A stretch of DNA of 9,332 nt from assembly GCF_006345805.1 (NCBI RefSeq), contig NW_021827949.1:1-9332 (forward strand), read 5' to 3'. A model generated the notes under the pieces. The model saw only the letters and a list, made by a program, of their open reading frames with translations. It was not told where the DNA came from and did not search any database. Position numbers and translations under genes: made by a program. The DNA is from Octopus sinensis. Lineage: Eukaryota. Below, piece by piece: positions 1 through 7,730 of the stretch. Every line of letters starts with the position of its first letter. Position 1 is the first letter of the stretch.

Positions 1-7
1 CCTTTAA

Positions 8-152
8 TATGTATGTATGTATCTCTCTTCTATATATATATAGATATATATATGTTATTTATATATATATATATATATGTTATATATTATATTATATATA
101 TGAATATATAATTTTATATGTCTGTATGTATATATGTATACATATATATATA

Positions 153-182
<30 letters not shown>
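8..182. repeat. Imperfect (TA)n/(TATG)n microsatellite
   Basis: Directly visible dinucleotide and tetranucleotide repeats. Confidence 0.95.
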
Positions 183-183
<1 letters not shown>

Positions 184-388
184 CACCGTGATCACCGTGA
201 CCGACCATCAGATGTTGCTACACATCGCTGGTCACAATGCGTTTGTATTGTTTTAGCCTTCGAACGACGCCACCCCGCTGGCTCAGCGAACAGGCCAACA
301 GAAGAAAGAGAGAGAGAAAGAGTGGTGAATGGGTACAGCAGGAATCACCAACCCCTGTCGGAGCCTCGTGGAGCTTTTAGATGTTTTA
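182..388 (-). mobile_element. 3' portion of a cephalopod-type SINE, 5'-truncated at a (TA)n tract
   Basis: GC-richer block between microsatellites, with a short tandem tail (ATCACCGTG x2 at 182-199). The body resembles an abundant octopus SINE as I recall it; not database-verified. Confidence 0.6.
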
Positions 389-389
389 G

Positions 390-471
<82 letters not shown>

Positions 472-702
472 GTGTCTGTGTGTGTATGTGTACATATATA
501 TAATGGGAAGGGGAGAGGGAGAGGAGAAGGGGCAGAAGGAGAGAAAGGGAGTGAGGGATATATATATGCATAAATATATATATATGTATGTATGTATATA
601 TATATATATGTATATATGTATATAATATATATATATATATATATATATTTATACATACAAATATATATACATATACATATATATATTAAGAGAGAGTGAG
701 AG
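389..702. repeat. Compound microsatellite (TA)n-(TG)n, purine tract, (TA/TATG)n; mirrored at about 1185-1491
   Basis: Directly visible. Confidence 0.95.
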
Positions 703-714
703 GGTGGGTATATT

Positions 715-955
715 AAGGACTGTGTAAGGAAATCACATGGAGTGTCAGTTGGAATTGATCCAAAAGCCATAGAAACCCTTGCTTCAGACCGAGTTGAATG
801 GCAAACAAAATTGCAGTGAAATTTTTGAAGAAGCCAGGATGACCCAATCAAAACTGAAAACAAAATTAAAGAAAAATGTTATTATCAACGAGAAAATGAA
901 TCTCAACAATTTCTTTTGTGTGTGAACATAGTACAGTAATAGAATTTTCAGAAAA
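715..955 (+). pseudogene. Frameshifted 3' remnant of an RTE-clade LINE ORF (C-terminus downstream of the RT domain)
   Basis: Manual translation gives [32 protein letters not shown], then after a frameshift EIFEEARMTQSKLKTKLKK, then FVCEH. This resembles the RTE C-terminal pattern KD..K......GID...WE.LA.DR..WR....FEE.R...KR...F.C..C. Confidence 0.6.
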
Positions 956-1171
956 TATGTTCACACACAAAAGAAATTGTTGAGATTCATTTTCTCGTTG
1001 ATAATAACATTTTTCTTTAATTTTGTTTTCAGTTTTGATTGGGTCATCCTGGCTTCTTCAAAACTTTCACTGCAATTTTGTTTGCCATTCAACTCGGTCT
1101 GAAGCAAGGGTTTCTATGGCTTTTGGATCAATTCCAACTGACACTCCATGTGATTTCCTTACACAGTCCTT
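956..1171 (-). pseudogene. Inverted copy of the RTE-LINE remnant (right palindrome arm)
   Basis: Reverse complement of 715-930. Confidence 0.55.
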
Positions 1172-1232
1172 AATATACCCACCCTCTCACTCTCTCTTAA
1201 TATATATATGTATATGTATATATATTTGTATG

Positions 1233-1276
<44 letters not shown>

Positions 1277-1417
1277 TACATATATATATATACATACATA
1301 CATATATATATATTTATGCATATATATATATCCCTCACTCCCTTTCTCTCCTTCTGCCCCTTCTCCTCTCCCTCTCCCCTTCCCATTATATATATGTACA
1401 CATACACACACAGACAC

Positions 1418-1491
<74 letters not shown>

Positions 1492-1659
1492 CTAAAACAT
1501 CTAAAAGCTCCACGAGGCTCGGACAGGGGATGGTGATTCCTGCTGTACCCATTCACCACTCTTTCTCTCTCTCTTTCTTCTGTTGGCCTGTTCGCTTAAC
1601 TACAGCTCTTGGTAGTCCAAACCGGGTATGCAATTTAAGTGAGAAGAAAAAAGAAAGAT

Positions 1660-1790
1660 GAGACCAATAGAACACGTACCAGGTTTTTTCTAAAACAAAT
1701 CAGTTCTAAGGTCGATTTGTTCCACTGAAACACTTCAAGGTGTTGCTCTAGCATGGCCGCACTCAGATAAGTGAAACAAGTAAACGAATA
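1660..1790 (+). mobile_element. Degraded 3' end of an octopus-type SINE
   Basis: GAGACCAATAGAACACGTACCAGG...GGTCGATTTGTTC...GCTCTAGCATGGCCGCA...GAAACAAGTAAA. The start resembles the end of the SINE at 8580-8850 (GATAGAATAAGTAATAGGCTT), and the rest matches the family tail as I recall it. Confidence 0.55.
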
Positions 1791-1865
1791 TTGTATAGAC
1801 TAAGCTCATTTTGTGGAGGCACATGGCCTAGTAAATCGGAAAACTGATCAATTGAATTCTTGTGA

Positions 1866-2030
1866 TGCATATGTAAGCATGTATGTATAAATATATGTAT
1901 GCGTGTATGTATGTATGTATCTATGTATGACGTATGTATATATGTTTCTGGGTATGTATGTACGACGTATTTATGTATGTTTCTTATTTTGTATACATGT
2001 AACTATGTATATTTCTATGTATGTATGTGA
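1866..2030. repeat. Degenerate (TATG)n microsatellite
   Basis: Directly visible. Confidence 0.85.
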
Positions 2031-2178
2031 TTTGTATAAATGAAGAAAGTGAGAGAGGGCGGAAGAGAAGGAGAGAGACAGGAAAGATGAAAACTAAAAA
2101 AATAGGACTTCTTGGGAGTGATATATAAAATATTTATATATGTGAATAGAAAGAAACAAAACACTGATGAACATCCAA

Positions 2179-2179
<1 letters not shown>

Positions 2180-2217
<38 letters not shown>

Positions 2218-2275
2218 CATATATATGTGTGTGTGTGTGTATGTGTGCGTGTGAGTGAGTCTCTGTGAGTGTGTG

Positions 2276-2323
<48 letters not shown>

Positions 2324-2511
2324 TACATATGAGAGAGAGAGAGAAATACAATCATAACCCACCGCAAATTAGGCGAAAGTAATACACAGGCACACACACA
2401 TACTTGAATATATATTTGTAAATAAATATATTCCTACATATATGCATACATACATTCATAGATTGATGCACACACATAAACACATGCACACAAATATATG
2501 CATATATATAT

Positions 2512-2583
<72 letters not shown>

Positions 2584-2638
2584 TGTATGTGTGTGTATGT
2601 ATATATATATATATATATATATATCTACATACATATAT
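2180..2638. repeat. Compound (TA)n/(TG)n/(CA)n/(GA)n microsatellite block
   Basis: Directly visible. Confidence 0.92.
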
Positions 2639-2640
2639 TG

Positions 2641-3154
2641 AGGTTATGAGAGGAAATGGTATAAATAAGACCCAGAGGTGTCAGGTAATAATACTTTGAA
2701 TACTACGTAAATACTATAGCAGCTTACACACAAGGTACAGGAATCTTTTATGTAAACCATTCTGCCTAAATAATGGAGCTACAGATACAATATCCCTGCA
2801 TATCTCACATCTATTTTCATTCCTCCACTCCACTTTCTATTTCATATCTTATCTAGAATAATTATTGCTTAACAATCTTCTCACACCGTCTACGCTGAAG
2901 GGATATATAAATTATCCCGGAAACAGCTCTAAGACCTTCTCTTTATAAATGTTCTGAGATCTTTCACAGCCTGAGACTTTCATCTCATTCTGTTAATTTT
3001 TTTTCATATCTACGCATGCTGATATATGAGATACGTTGGACTCCTCATTTCCTGAATCACCGAACATGGAGCTTAACTACAGTCTGTCCATAGCACTTAC
3101 TCAGCATTACCTAACACCTTTGGGATTTATTGACCCCATTACCTCTCATAACCT
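2641..3154. mobile_element. ~514-bp non-coding element with imperfect 49-bp terminal inverted repeats, flanked by (TA)n (MITE-like or PLE-derived)
   Basis: 2641-2689 AGGTTATGAGAGGAAATGGTATAAATAAGACCCAGAGGTGTCAGGTAAT vs the reverse complement of 3106-3154 AGGTTATGAGAGGTAATGGGGTCAATAAATCCCAAAGGTGTTAGGTAAT: 41/49 identical. Weaker similarity continues inward. Confidence 0.75.
2888..2935 (+). ncRNA. Degenerate minimal type I hammerhead ribozyme motif
   Basis: GTCT..CTGAA (core incomplete), stem II GGGATA/TATCCC, G-GAAAC-AGCT-CTA-AGAC. The stem III loop AGCT is palindromic and stem I is GTCT/AGAC, but the core is shortened and the stem III closing pair is mismatched. Confidence 0.45.
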
Positions 3155-3155
3155 G

Positions 3156-3211
3156 TATATATATATAATATATATATATATTATATTATAGAGAGAGAGA
3201 GAGAGAGAGAG
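3156..3211. repeat. (TA)n-(GA)n microsatellite
   Basis: Directly visible. Confidence 0.95.
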
Positions 3212-3384
3212 TCAATATGAGACAATATATTAGACAAAGTTTAATATTGTTCATCAAATAAATAAAATGAAGCAGATTTGATGTTAAAATGGATGATCCT
3301 TTTATTTCATAATCCCATCCCAGACAATTGTTTCTGTGAGAAAAAAAACAAGATATCCATAAAGAGATTTAAAGGAAAAAGATT

Positions 3385-3566
3385 ACGGAGATGTACTTGC
3401 ATAGCAAGTGATTTGATCTGAGATCGTGTGCTGAAACGTAAACAATTGCAGCGTGGAAGGTGTTTGTAAGACATTTAAGAAACACACAAAAGCCGTTCGA
3501 TTTACTTCAACATTGAAGTTTAATTTGTCAAAATATTTTGGTCGCTATAAGACCAAAATTTGACAC
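3385..3566. repeat. Probable interspersed repeat fragment with two hairpins
   Basis: Hairpins ACTTGC-ATA-GCAAGT and TGTCAA-aat-ATTTTGGTC-(7 nt)-GACCAAAAT-TTGACA (3526-3565). The sequence resembles a common octopus repeat from memory. Confidence 0.4.
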
Positions 3567-3590
3567 TGAATTATTTTTTAGATTGGAAGT

Positions 3591-3633
3591 CCACCTGAAG
3601 ATTGTCGATCAAGACAAGAAACGATTGTAGTGG
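3591..3633 (+). ncRNA. Minimal type I hammerhead ribozyme with intact core
   Basis: Stem I CCAC (3591-3594)/GTGG (3630-3633); core CTGAAGA 3595-3601; stem II TTGTC/GACAA with a 6-nt loop; GAAA 3618-3621; stem III C-GATT-G; GUA cleavage triplet with the cut after 3629. Confidence 0.8.
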
Positions 3634-3809
3634 CGGTTTTTTTGACTATTTATTAAAATTTTATGTATTGATTAAGTCTTTCCTTGTTTGTTTTGCAAAA
3701 TAGTGGTTTTGTCTCGAATAATATTTTATAATATTTTACTATAAAATCGATTTAATCCTAAATCTGATTTTTTCCCTGTAAATTTGGATTTATTCCCTAT
3801 ATTTATTAT

Positions 3810-3811
<2 letters not shown>

Positions 3812-3870
<59 letters not shown>
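3812..3870. repeat. (TA)n microsatellite
   Basis: Directly visible. Confidence 0.95.
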
Positions 3871-3872
<2 letters not shown>

Positions 3873-4067
3873 CTTTACTTATATAAAAGGGCTTAGTAAA
3901 ATAAATTACTTTGCCGCATACTGAACTCATTAGAAATAGCAGCTAAATAAACATTTATAAAACTATTTCTAATACTTAAAGAAAACTCTCTCATATAGTG
4001 TTTGCTCAATTCAACTCACGGAAGTATGGGGGGTAGAGACATTAAAAAATCAGATGCAAAGGTTATT

Positions 4068-4121
4068 TGAGAACGTACGTTTCAAGATTAGTCAAAACTC
4101 GACATTTCTATCATCAGCTCA
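4068..4121 (-). ncRNA. Minimal type I hammerhead ribozyme (copy 1)
   Basis: Exact reverse complement of 4593-4646. Confidence 0.7.
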
Positions 4122-4592
4122 GACTCACTCCCTGGTTTGGATTTGAAACACTGAAAGTGGGAGCATACTCCTTCGGCCTCCTATCGCTTTTGAAGATCCG
4201 CTCGTAACTAACAGTGCCAACAAACCCCAATATGCAAGCGAAGAATTTCTGCTCTCCCCCCTTTTCCACCAGCGTGGGTTAAAATCAGCAAACACTATGC
4301 TTTTTTCGGTAAAATACGAGGCATTTAAATAGAGAGAGATGAATTATAATTTCAACAATTGAGGGTAAAATTAATTAATTAATCAATTTCACCAAGTGTT
4401 CAGTATGCAAAGGGACCATTTAAGGCGAATTCAAATTATTACATTATATAAAAGGGCTTAGTAAAATAAATTACTTTGCCGCATACTGAACTCATTAGAA
4501 ATAGCAGCTAAAAAAAACATTTATAAAACTATTTCTAATACTTAAAGAAAACCTCTCTCATATAGTGTTTTCAAATCCAAACCAGGGAGTTC

Positions 4593-4646
4593 TGAGCTGA
4601 TGATAGAAATGTCGAGTTTTGACTAATCTTGAAACGTACGTTCTCA
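4593..4646 (+). ncRNA. Minimal type I hammerhead ribozyme (copy 2)
   Basis: Stem I TGAG/CTCA; core CTGATGA 4597-4603; interrupted stem II (AGA/TCT and GTCGA/TTGAC); GAAA 4631-4634; palindromic stem III CGTACG; GUU triplet with the cut after 4642. Confidence 0.72.
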
Positions 4647-5148
4647 AATAACCTTTGCATCTGATTTTTTAATGTCTCTAGCCCCCATACTTCCGTGAGT
4701 TGAATTGAGCCAACCTATATGAGAGAGGTTTTTTAAGTATTAGAAATAGTTTTATAAATGTTTTTTTTAGCTGCTATTTCTAATGAGTTCAGTATGCGGC
4801 AAAGTAATTTATTTTACTAAGCCCTTTTATATAATGTAATAATTTGAATTCGCCTTAAATGGTCCCTTTGCATACTGAACACTTGGTGAAATTGATTAAT
4901 TAATTAATTTTACCCTCAATTGTTGAAATTATAATTCATCTCTCTCTATTTAAATGCCTCGGATTTTACCGAAAAAAGCATAGTGTTTGCTGATTTTAAC
5001 CCACGCTGGTGGAAAGGGGAGAGCAGAAATTCTTCGCTTGCATATTTGGTTTGTTGGCACTGTTAGTTACGAGCGGATCTTCAAAAGCGATAGGAGGCCG
5101 AAGGAGTATGCTCCCTTTCAGTGTTTTCAAATCCAAACCAGGGAGTTC

Positions 5149-5202
5149 TGAGCTGATGATAGAAATGTCGAGTTTTGACTAATCTTGAAACGTACGTTCT
5201 CA
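5149..5202 (+). ncRNA. Minimal type I hammerhead ribozyme (copy 3)
   Basis: Identical to 4593-4646. The predicted cut after 5198 lies 556 nt from the previous site. Confidence 0.72.
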
Positions 5203-5518
5203 AATAACCTTTGCATCTGATTTTTTAATGTCTCTACCCCCATACTTCCGTGAGTTGAATTGAGCAAACACTATATGAGAGAGGTTTTCTTTAAGTATTA
5301 GAAATAGTTTTATAAATGTTTTTTTTAGCTGCTATTTCTAATGAGTTCAGTATGCGGCAAAGTAATTTATTTTACTAAGCCCTTTTATATAATGTAATAA
5401 TTTGAATTCGCCTTAAATGATCCCTTTGCATACTGAACACTTGGTGAAATTGATTAATTAATTAATTTTACCCTCAATTGTTGAAATATATATATATATA
5501 TATATATACATTTTATTT

Positions 5519-5561
5519 ACATCGTTGCGGCTGATATACCCTCCACCCTTAATCAGGTGTT
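5519..5561 (-). ncRNA. Inactivated hammerhead copy of the same family as 5864-5909
   Basis: Minus strand reads ACAC-CTGATTA-AGGGTGGAGGGTATATCAGCC-GCAA-CGATG, with core substitutions (CTGATTA, GCAA). Confidence 0.6.
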
Positions 5562-5616
5562 TTGGGGAAATTTCAAACCTGGGCTCTCATTCCTCAGGTA
5601 TCTTACGATGTTGCTA

Positions 5617-5617
5617 A

Positions 5618-5679
<62 letters not shown>

Positions 5680-5683
5680 TATT

Positions 5684-5714
<31 letters not shown>

Positions 5715-5764
5715 TTAGCATTATTATTATTATCATCATTATTATTATTATTATTATTATTATT
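5617..5764. repeat. (ATT)n microsatellite, internal to the element
   Basis: Directly visible; it accounts for the poly-I/poly-L ORF. Confidence 0.97.
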
Positions 5765-5767
5765 CAT

Positions 5768-5839
5768 GTCACTGCCTGGAATCGAAGTCTGAATGTTGGG
5801 GTTAGTAGCCCTCGCTCTTAACCACTATGCCATATTCCC
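5768..5839 (-). promoter_or_regulatory. tRNA-derived head with Pol III A and B boxes
   Basis: On the minus strand: A box TGGCATAGTGG (5832-5822), anticodon-like arm GGG-CTACTAA-CCC, and B-box-like cTTCGATTCC (5787-5778, one mismatch). No proper acceptor stem, so not a functional tRNA. Confidence 0.65.
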
Positions 5840-5863
5840 GTGGGCATTTGGCATAGTGATTAA

Positions 5864-5909
5864 GACACCTGATGAATGCTGGAGGGCATATCAGCTGAAA
5901 CGTTGTGTT
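5864..5909 (+). ncRNA. Minimal type I hammerhead ribozyme with intact core
   Basis: Stem I GACAC/GTGTT; core CTGATGA 5869-5875; stem II GCTGG/TCAGC with the closing pair mismatched in this copy; GAAA 5897-5900; loopless palindromic stem III AACGTT; cut after 5904. Confidence 0.72.
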
Positions 5910-6097
5910 AACAACCAAAAAGATGAGGACACATATCCTTCAAATATAAATAATATAAATAATGTACATATTTCCGCATTTCTTAAATATAGAACTCTTA
6001 TATGTGTATATATATATATATTATATATATATATATAATATATTATAGCATTATTAAATCTCAGAATGAGATTGAAACAGTAATCGCTCGACAATGT

Positions 6098-6215
6098 AAG
6101 CCATCTTAACATGGCTAACCACATGTCTAAAGCCAGCTGGAGACGACGTTCTCCTGGGGCTATAAAGCTACAGTAACACCCCTCCCCTATCTGGTTAGCC
6201 ATGTTAAGATGGCTT
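6098..6215. repeat. 118-bp hairpin (MITE-like) element with perfect 24-bp inverted repeats
   Basis: AAGCCATCTTAACATGGCTAACCA (6098-6121) and TGGTTAGCCATGTTAAGATGGCTT (6192-6215). Confidence 0.85.
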
Positions 6216-6219
6216 CTAT

Positions 6220-6254
<35 letters not shown>

Positions 6255-6479
6255 CAGGCATACATTGCTGAAAGTGTTCAATACTTCAATTTAAGTGGTA
6301 TTTTTTTCATTTATAACGGCAGCAGGGACTTAAAGTTTGTCTTGTACCCCATACAACAAATGTTTATAATCCTGGTTGTTTAGTGATTTACAATTATTAT
6401 CCGTGGGAATATCACGGGTATAGTTCAGGAAAATATCACTTCTATAATTCATGTATATATATATATATATATTTGTATG

Positions 6480-6514
<35 letters not shown>

Positions 6515-6751
6515 ATGTGTGTCCATACATATTTGTCCATATATATACCTACTGATACATCTATACATACAAATGCAGACATGTAATAGTGCGCGTGCGT
6601 GTATAGCCTTGACAATAATGATGATGACGATTATGATGATGACGTTGACGAAAGCTGCTTACACGTATATAAAACTGTCTGACCTGATTTTTGACTAAGA
6701 GGCCTGCAGTCGTTAATGTTAAGTCAAGTGTGACTCAGTTTCAACATTCTT

Positions 6752-6763
6752 AACACACACACA

Positions 6764-6795
<32 letters not shown>

Positions 6796-6800
6796 ACACA
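6752..6800. repeat. (CA)n microsatellite
   Basis: Directly visible. Confidence 0.95.
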
Positions 6801-6857
6801 GATAAACACGCAGGTGACTCAGACCAACAATTACTGCTATATCGTGCCTACCCAGAT

Positions 6858-7432
6858 GTGGCAAGCTAGTAGAAACGTTAGTGCCCCGCGCGAAATGCTT
6901 AGCCGTATTTCGCTCGTCGCTAAGTACTGAGTTCAATTTCCGCCGAGGTCAACTTTGCCTTTCATCATTTCGGGGTCGATAAATTAAGTACCAGTGACGC
7001 ACTGGGGTCGATTAATCGACGTAATCCGTTTGTCTGTCCTTGTTTGTCCCCTCTATGTTTATTCCCTTGTGGCTAATAAAGAAACAGATATTTCGCCCGT
7101 CGATACGTAATGAGTTCAATTTCCGCCGAGGTCAACTTTGCCTTTCATCATTTCGGGGTCGATAAATTAAGTACCAGTTGCGCACTGGGGTCGAAGTAAT
7201 CGACTTAATCCGTTTGTCTGTCCTTGTTTGTCCCCTCTATGTTAGCCCCGTGTTGGTAATAAAGAAACATATTTCACCCGTCGATACATTTTTAGTTCAA
7301 ATTCAGCCGAGGTCAACTTAGCCTTTCTTTATTGCGGGGTCGATAAATTAAGTACCAGTCAAACACTGAAGGTCGATATATTCGACTTGTCCCCCGCCCA
7401 AATTTCACGCCCTGTGCCTAGTGTAGAATTGT
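6858..7432 (+). mobile_element. tRNA-derived SINE with a Meta/MESC-type central domain, internally triplicated (~182-bp units)
   Basis: Head TGGCAAGCTAGTAGAAACGTTAG. Units start with TATTTC at 6906, 7089 and 7270. Each unit has a B-box-like AGTTCAA[A/T]TTC and the motif GAGGTCAACTTTGCCTTTCATCATTTCGGGGTCGATAAATTAAGTACCAG, which resembles the MetaSINE/MESC domain. Confidence 0.8.
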
Positions 7433-7469
7433 ATATCTTGTTCAGCCAATATCTTGTTACTAATATTCA

Positions 7470-7625
7470 TGGCTTTTTCCTGAGAATATCCAAGTCTCAG
7501 TTCGAATTCTGCCAATGCTAACATTCACTTTTAACGTTTTAGTGTCGATAAAATAAGAAGCAGGTTCATATCTGGGTCGAAGTAATAAACTAGCAAACTC
7601 CAACAACAACAATTTGGGACTTGTA
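7470..7625 (+). mobile_element. Older, degraded copy of the same SINE family
   Basis: AGTTCGAATTCTGCC...GTCGATAAAATAAGAAGCAG...CTGGGTCGAAGTAAT aligns loosely with the upstream units. Confidence 0.6.
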
Positions 7626-7664
7626 TATATGGCTTTTTTTCACTTTCTCTATTCCTCACTCACT

Positions 7665-7667
<3 letters not shown>

Positions 7668-7730
<63 letters not shown>

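Larger units (their letters stand above)
285..1596. repeat. ~1.3-kb long inverted repeat: arms 285-930 and 956-1596, 25-bp spacer 931-955
   Basis: AGCGAACAGGCCAAC...TGTGTGAACATA (285-930) is the reverse complement of TATGTTCACACA...GTTGGCCTGTTCGCT (956-1596). I count 3 substitutions outside the microsatellites, plus repeat-length differences. The ORF track shows mirrored ORFs (345..863- vs 1023..1661+). Confidence 0.97.
3879..5487. mobile_element. Tandem plus inverted array of a ~560-bp hammerhead-containing unit (retrozyme / Penelope pLTR-like), inserted in (TA)n
   Basis: Unit 3879-4443 restarts at 4444 (period 565) and runs to 4570. Orientation then flips at AGTGTTT (4564-4570). The opposite-orientation unit 4564-5119 restarts at 5120 (period 556) and runs to 5487. 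There is one HHR per unit, no ORF, and (TA)n on both sides. Confidence 0.85.
5505..5995. mobile_element. Head-to-head palindromic element: tRNA-like head + (AAT)n + hammerhead; the right arm is internally deleted
   Basis: The minus arm from 5839 to 5505 reads tRNA-like head, (AAT)n, spacer, degenerate HHR. The centre hairpin pairs 5816-5839 with 5842-5865 (21/24). The plus arm jumps from the head directly to the HHR at 5864. (TA)n flanks both sides. Confidence 0.7.

Noticed and set aside
1594-1605. 12-mer GCTTAACTACAG at the palindrome boundary, also found at 3071-3082
   Set aside because: A few 12-mer matches are expected by chance in 9 kb of AT-rich DNA, and the match does not extend.
2164-2180. 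CTGATGA hammerhead core heptamer
   Set aside because: No stem II, GAAA or stem I partner follows; it runs straight into (TA)n.
9-2699. Many ORFs of 60-212 aa rich in YI, CV and HT repeats
   Set aside because: They are translations of (TA)n/(TG)n/(CA)n microsatellites; the duplicated ORFs merely reflect the palindrome.
5567-5600. Minus-strand CTGAGGA...GAAATTTC resembling a second hammerhead
   Set aside because: Stems I and II do not pair convincingly.
5768-5839. Functional tRNA gene
   Set aside because: No acceptor stem, a mutated B box, and it is embedded in a repeat; treated as a SINE-like head.
5562-6265. Poly-Ile/Leu ORF resembling a membrane or signal peptide, and neighbouring ORFs
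   Set aside because: They derive from the (ATT)n tract and cross repeat boundaries; no recognisable domain.
6906-7432. CRISPR-like repeat array
   Set aside because: The whole ~182-bp units are homologous, there are no unique spacers, and the context is a eukaryotic SINE.
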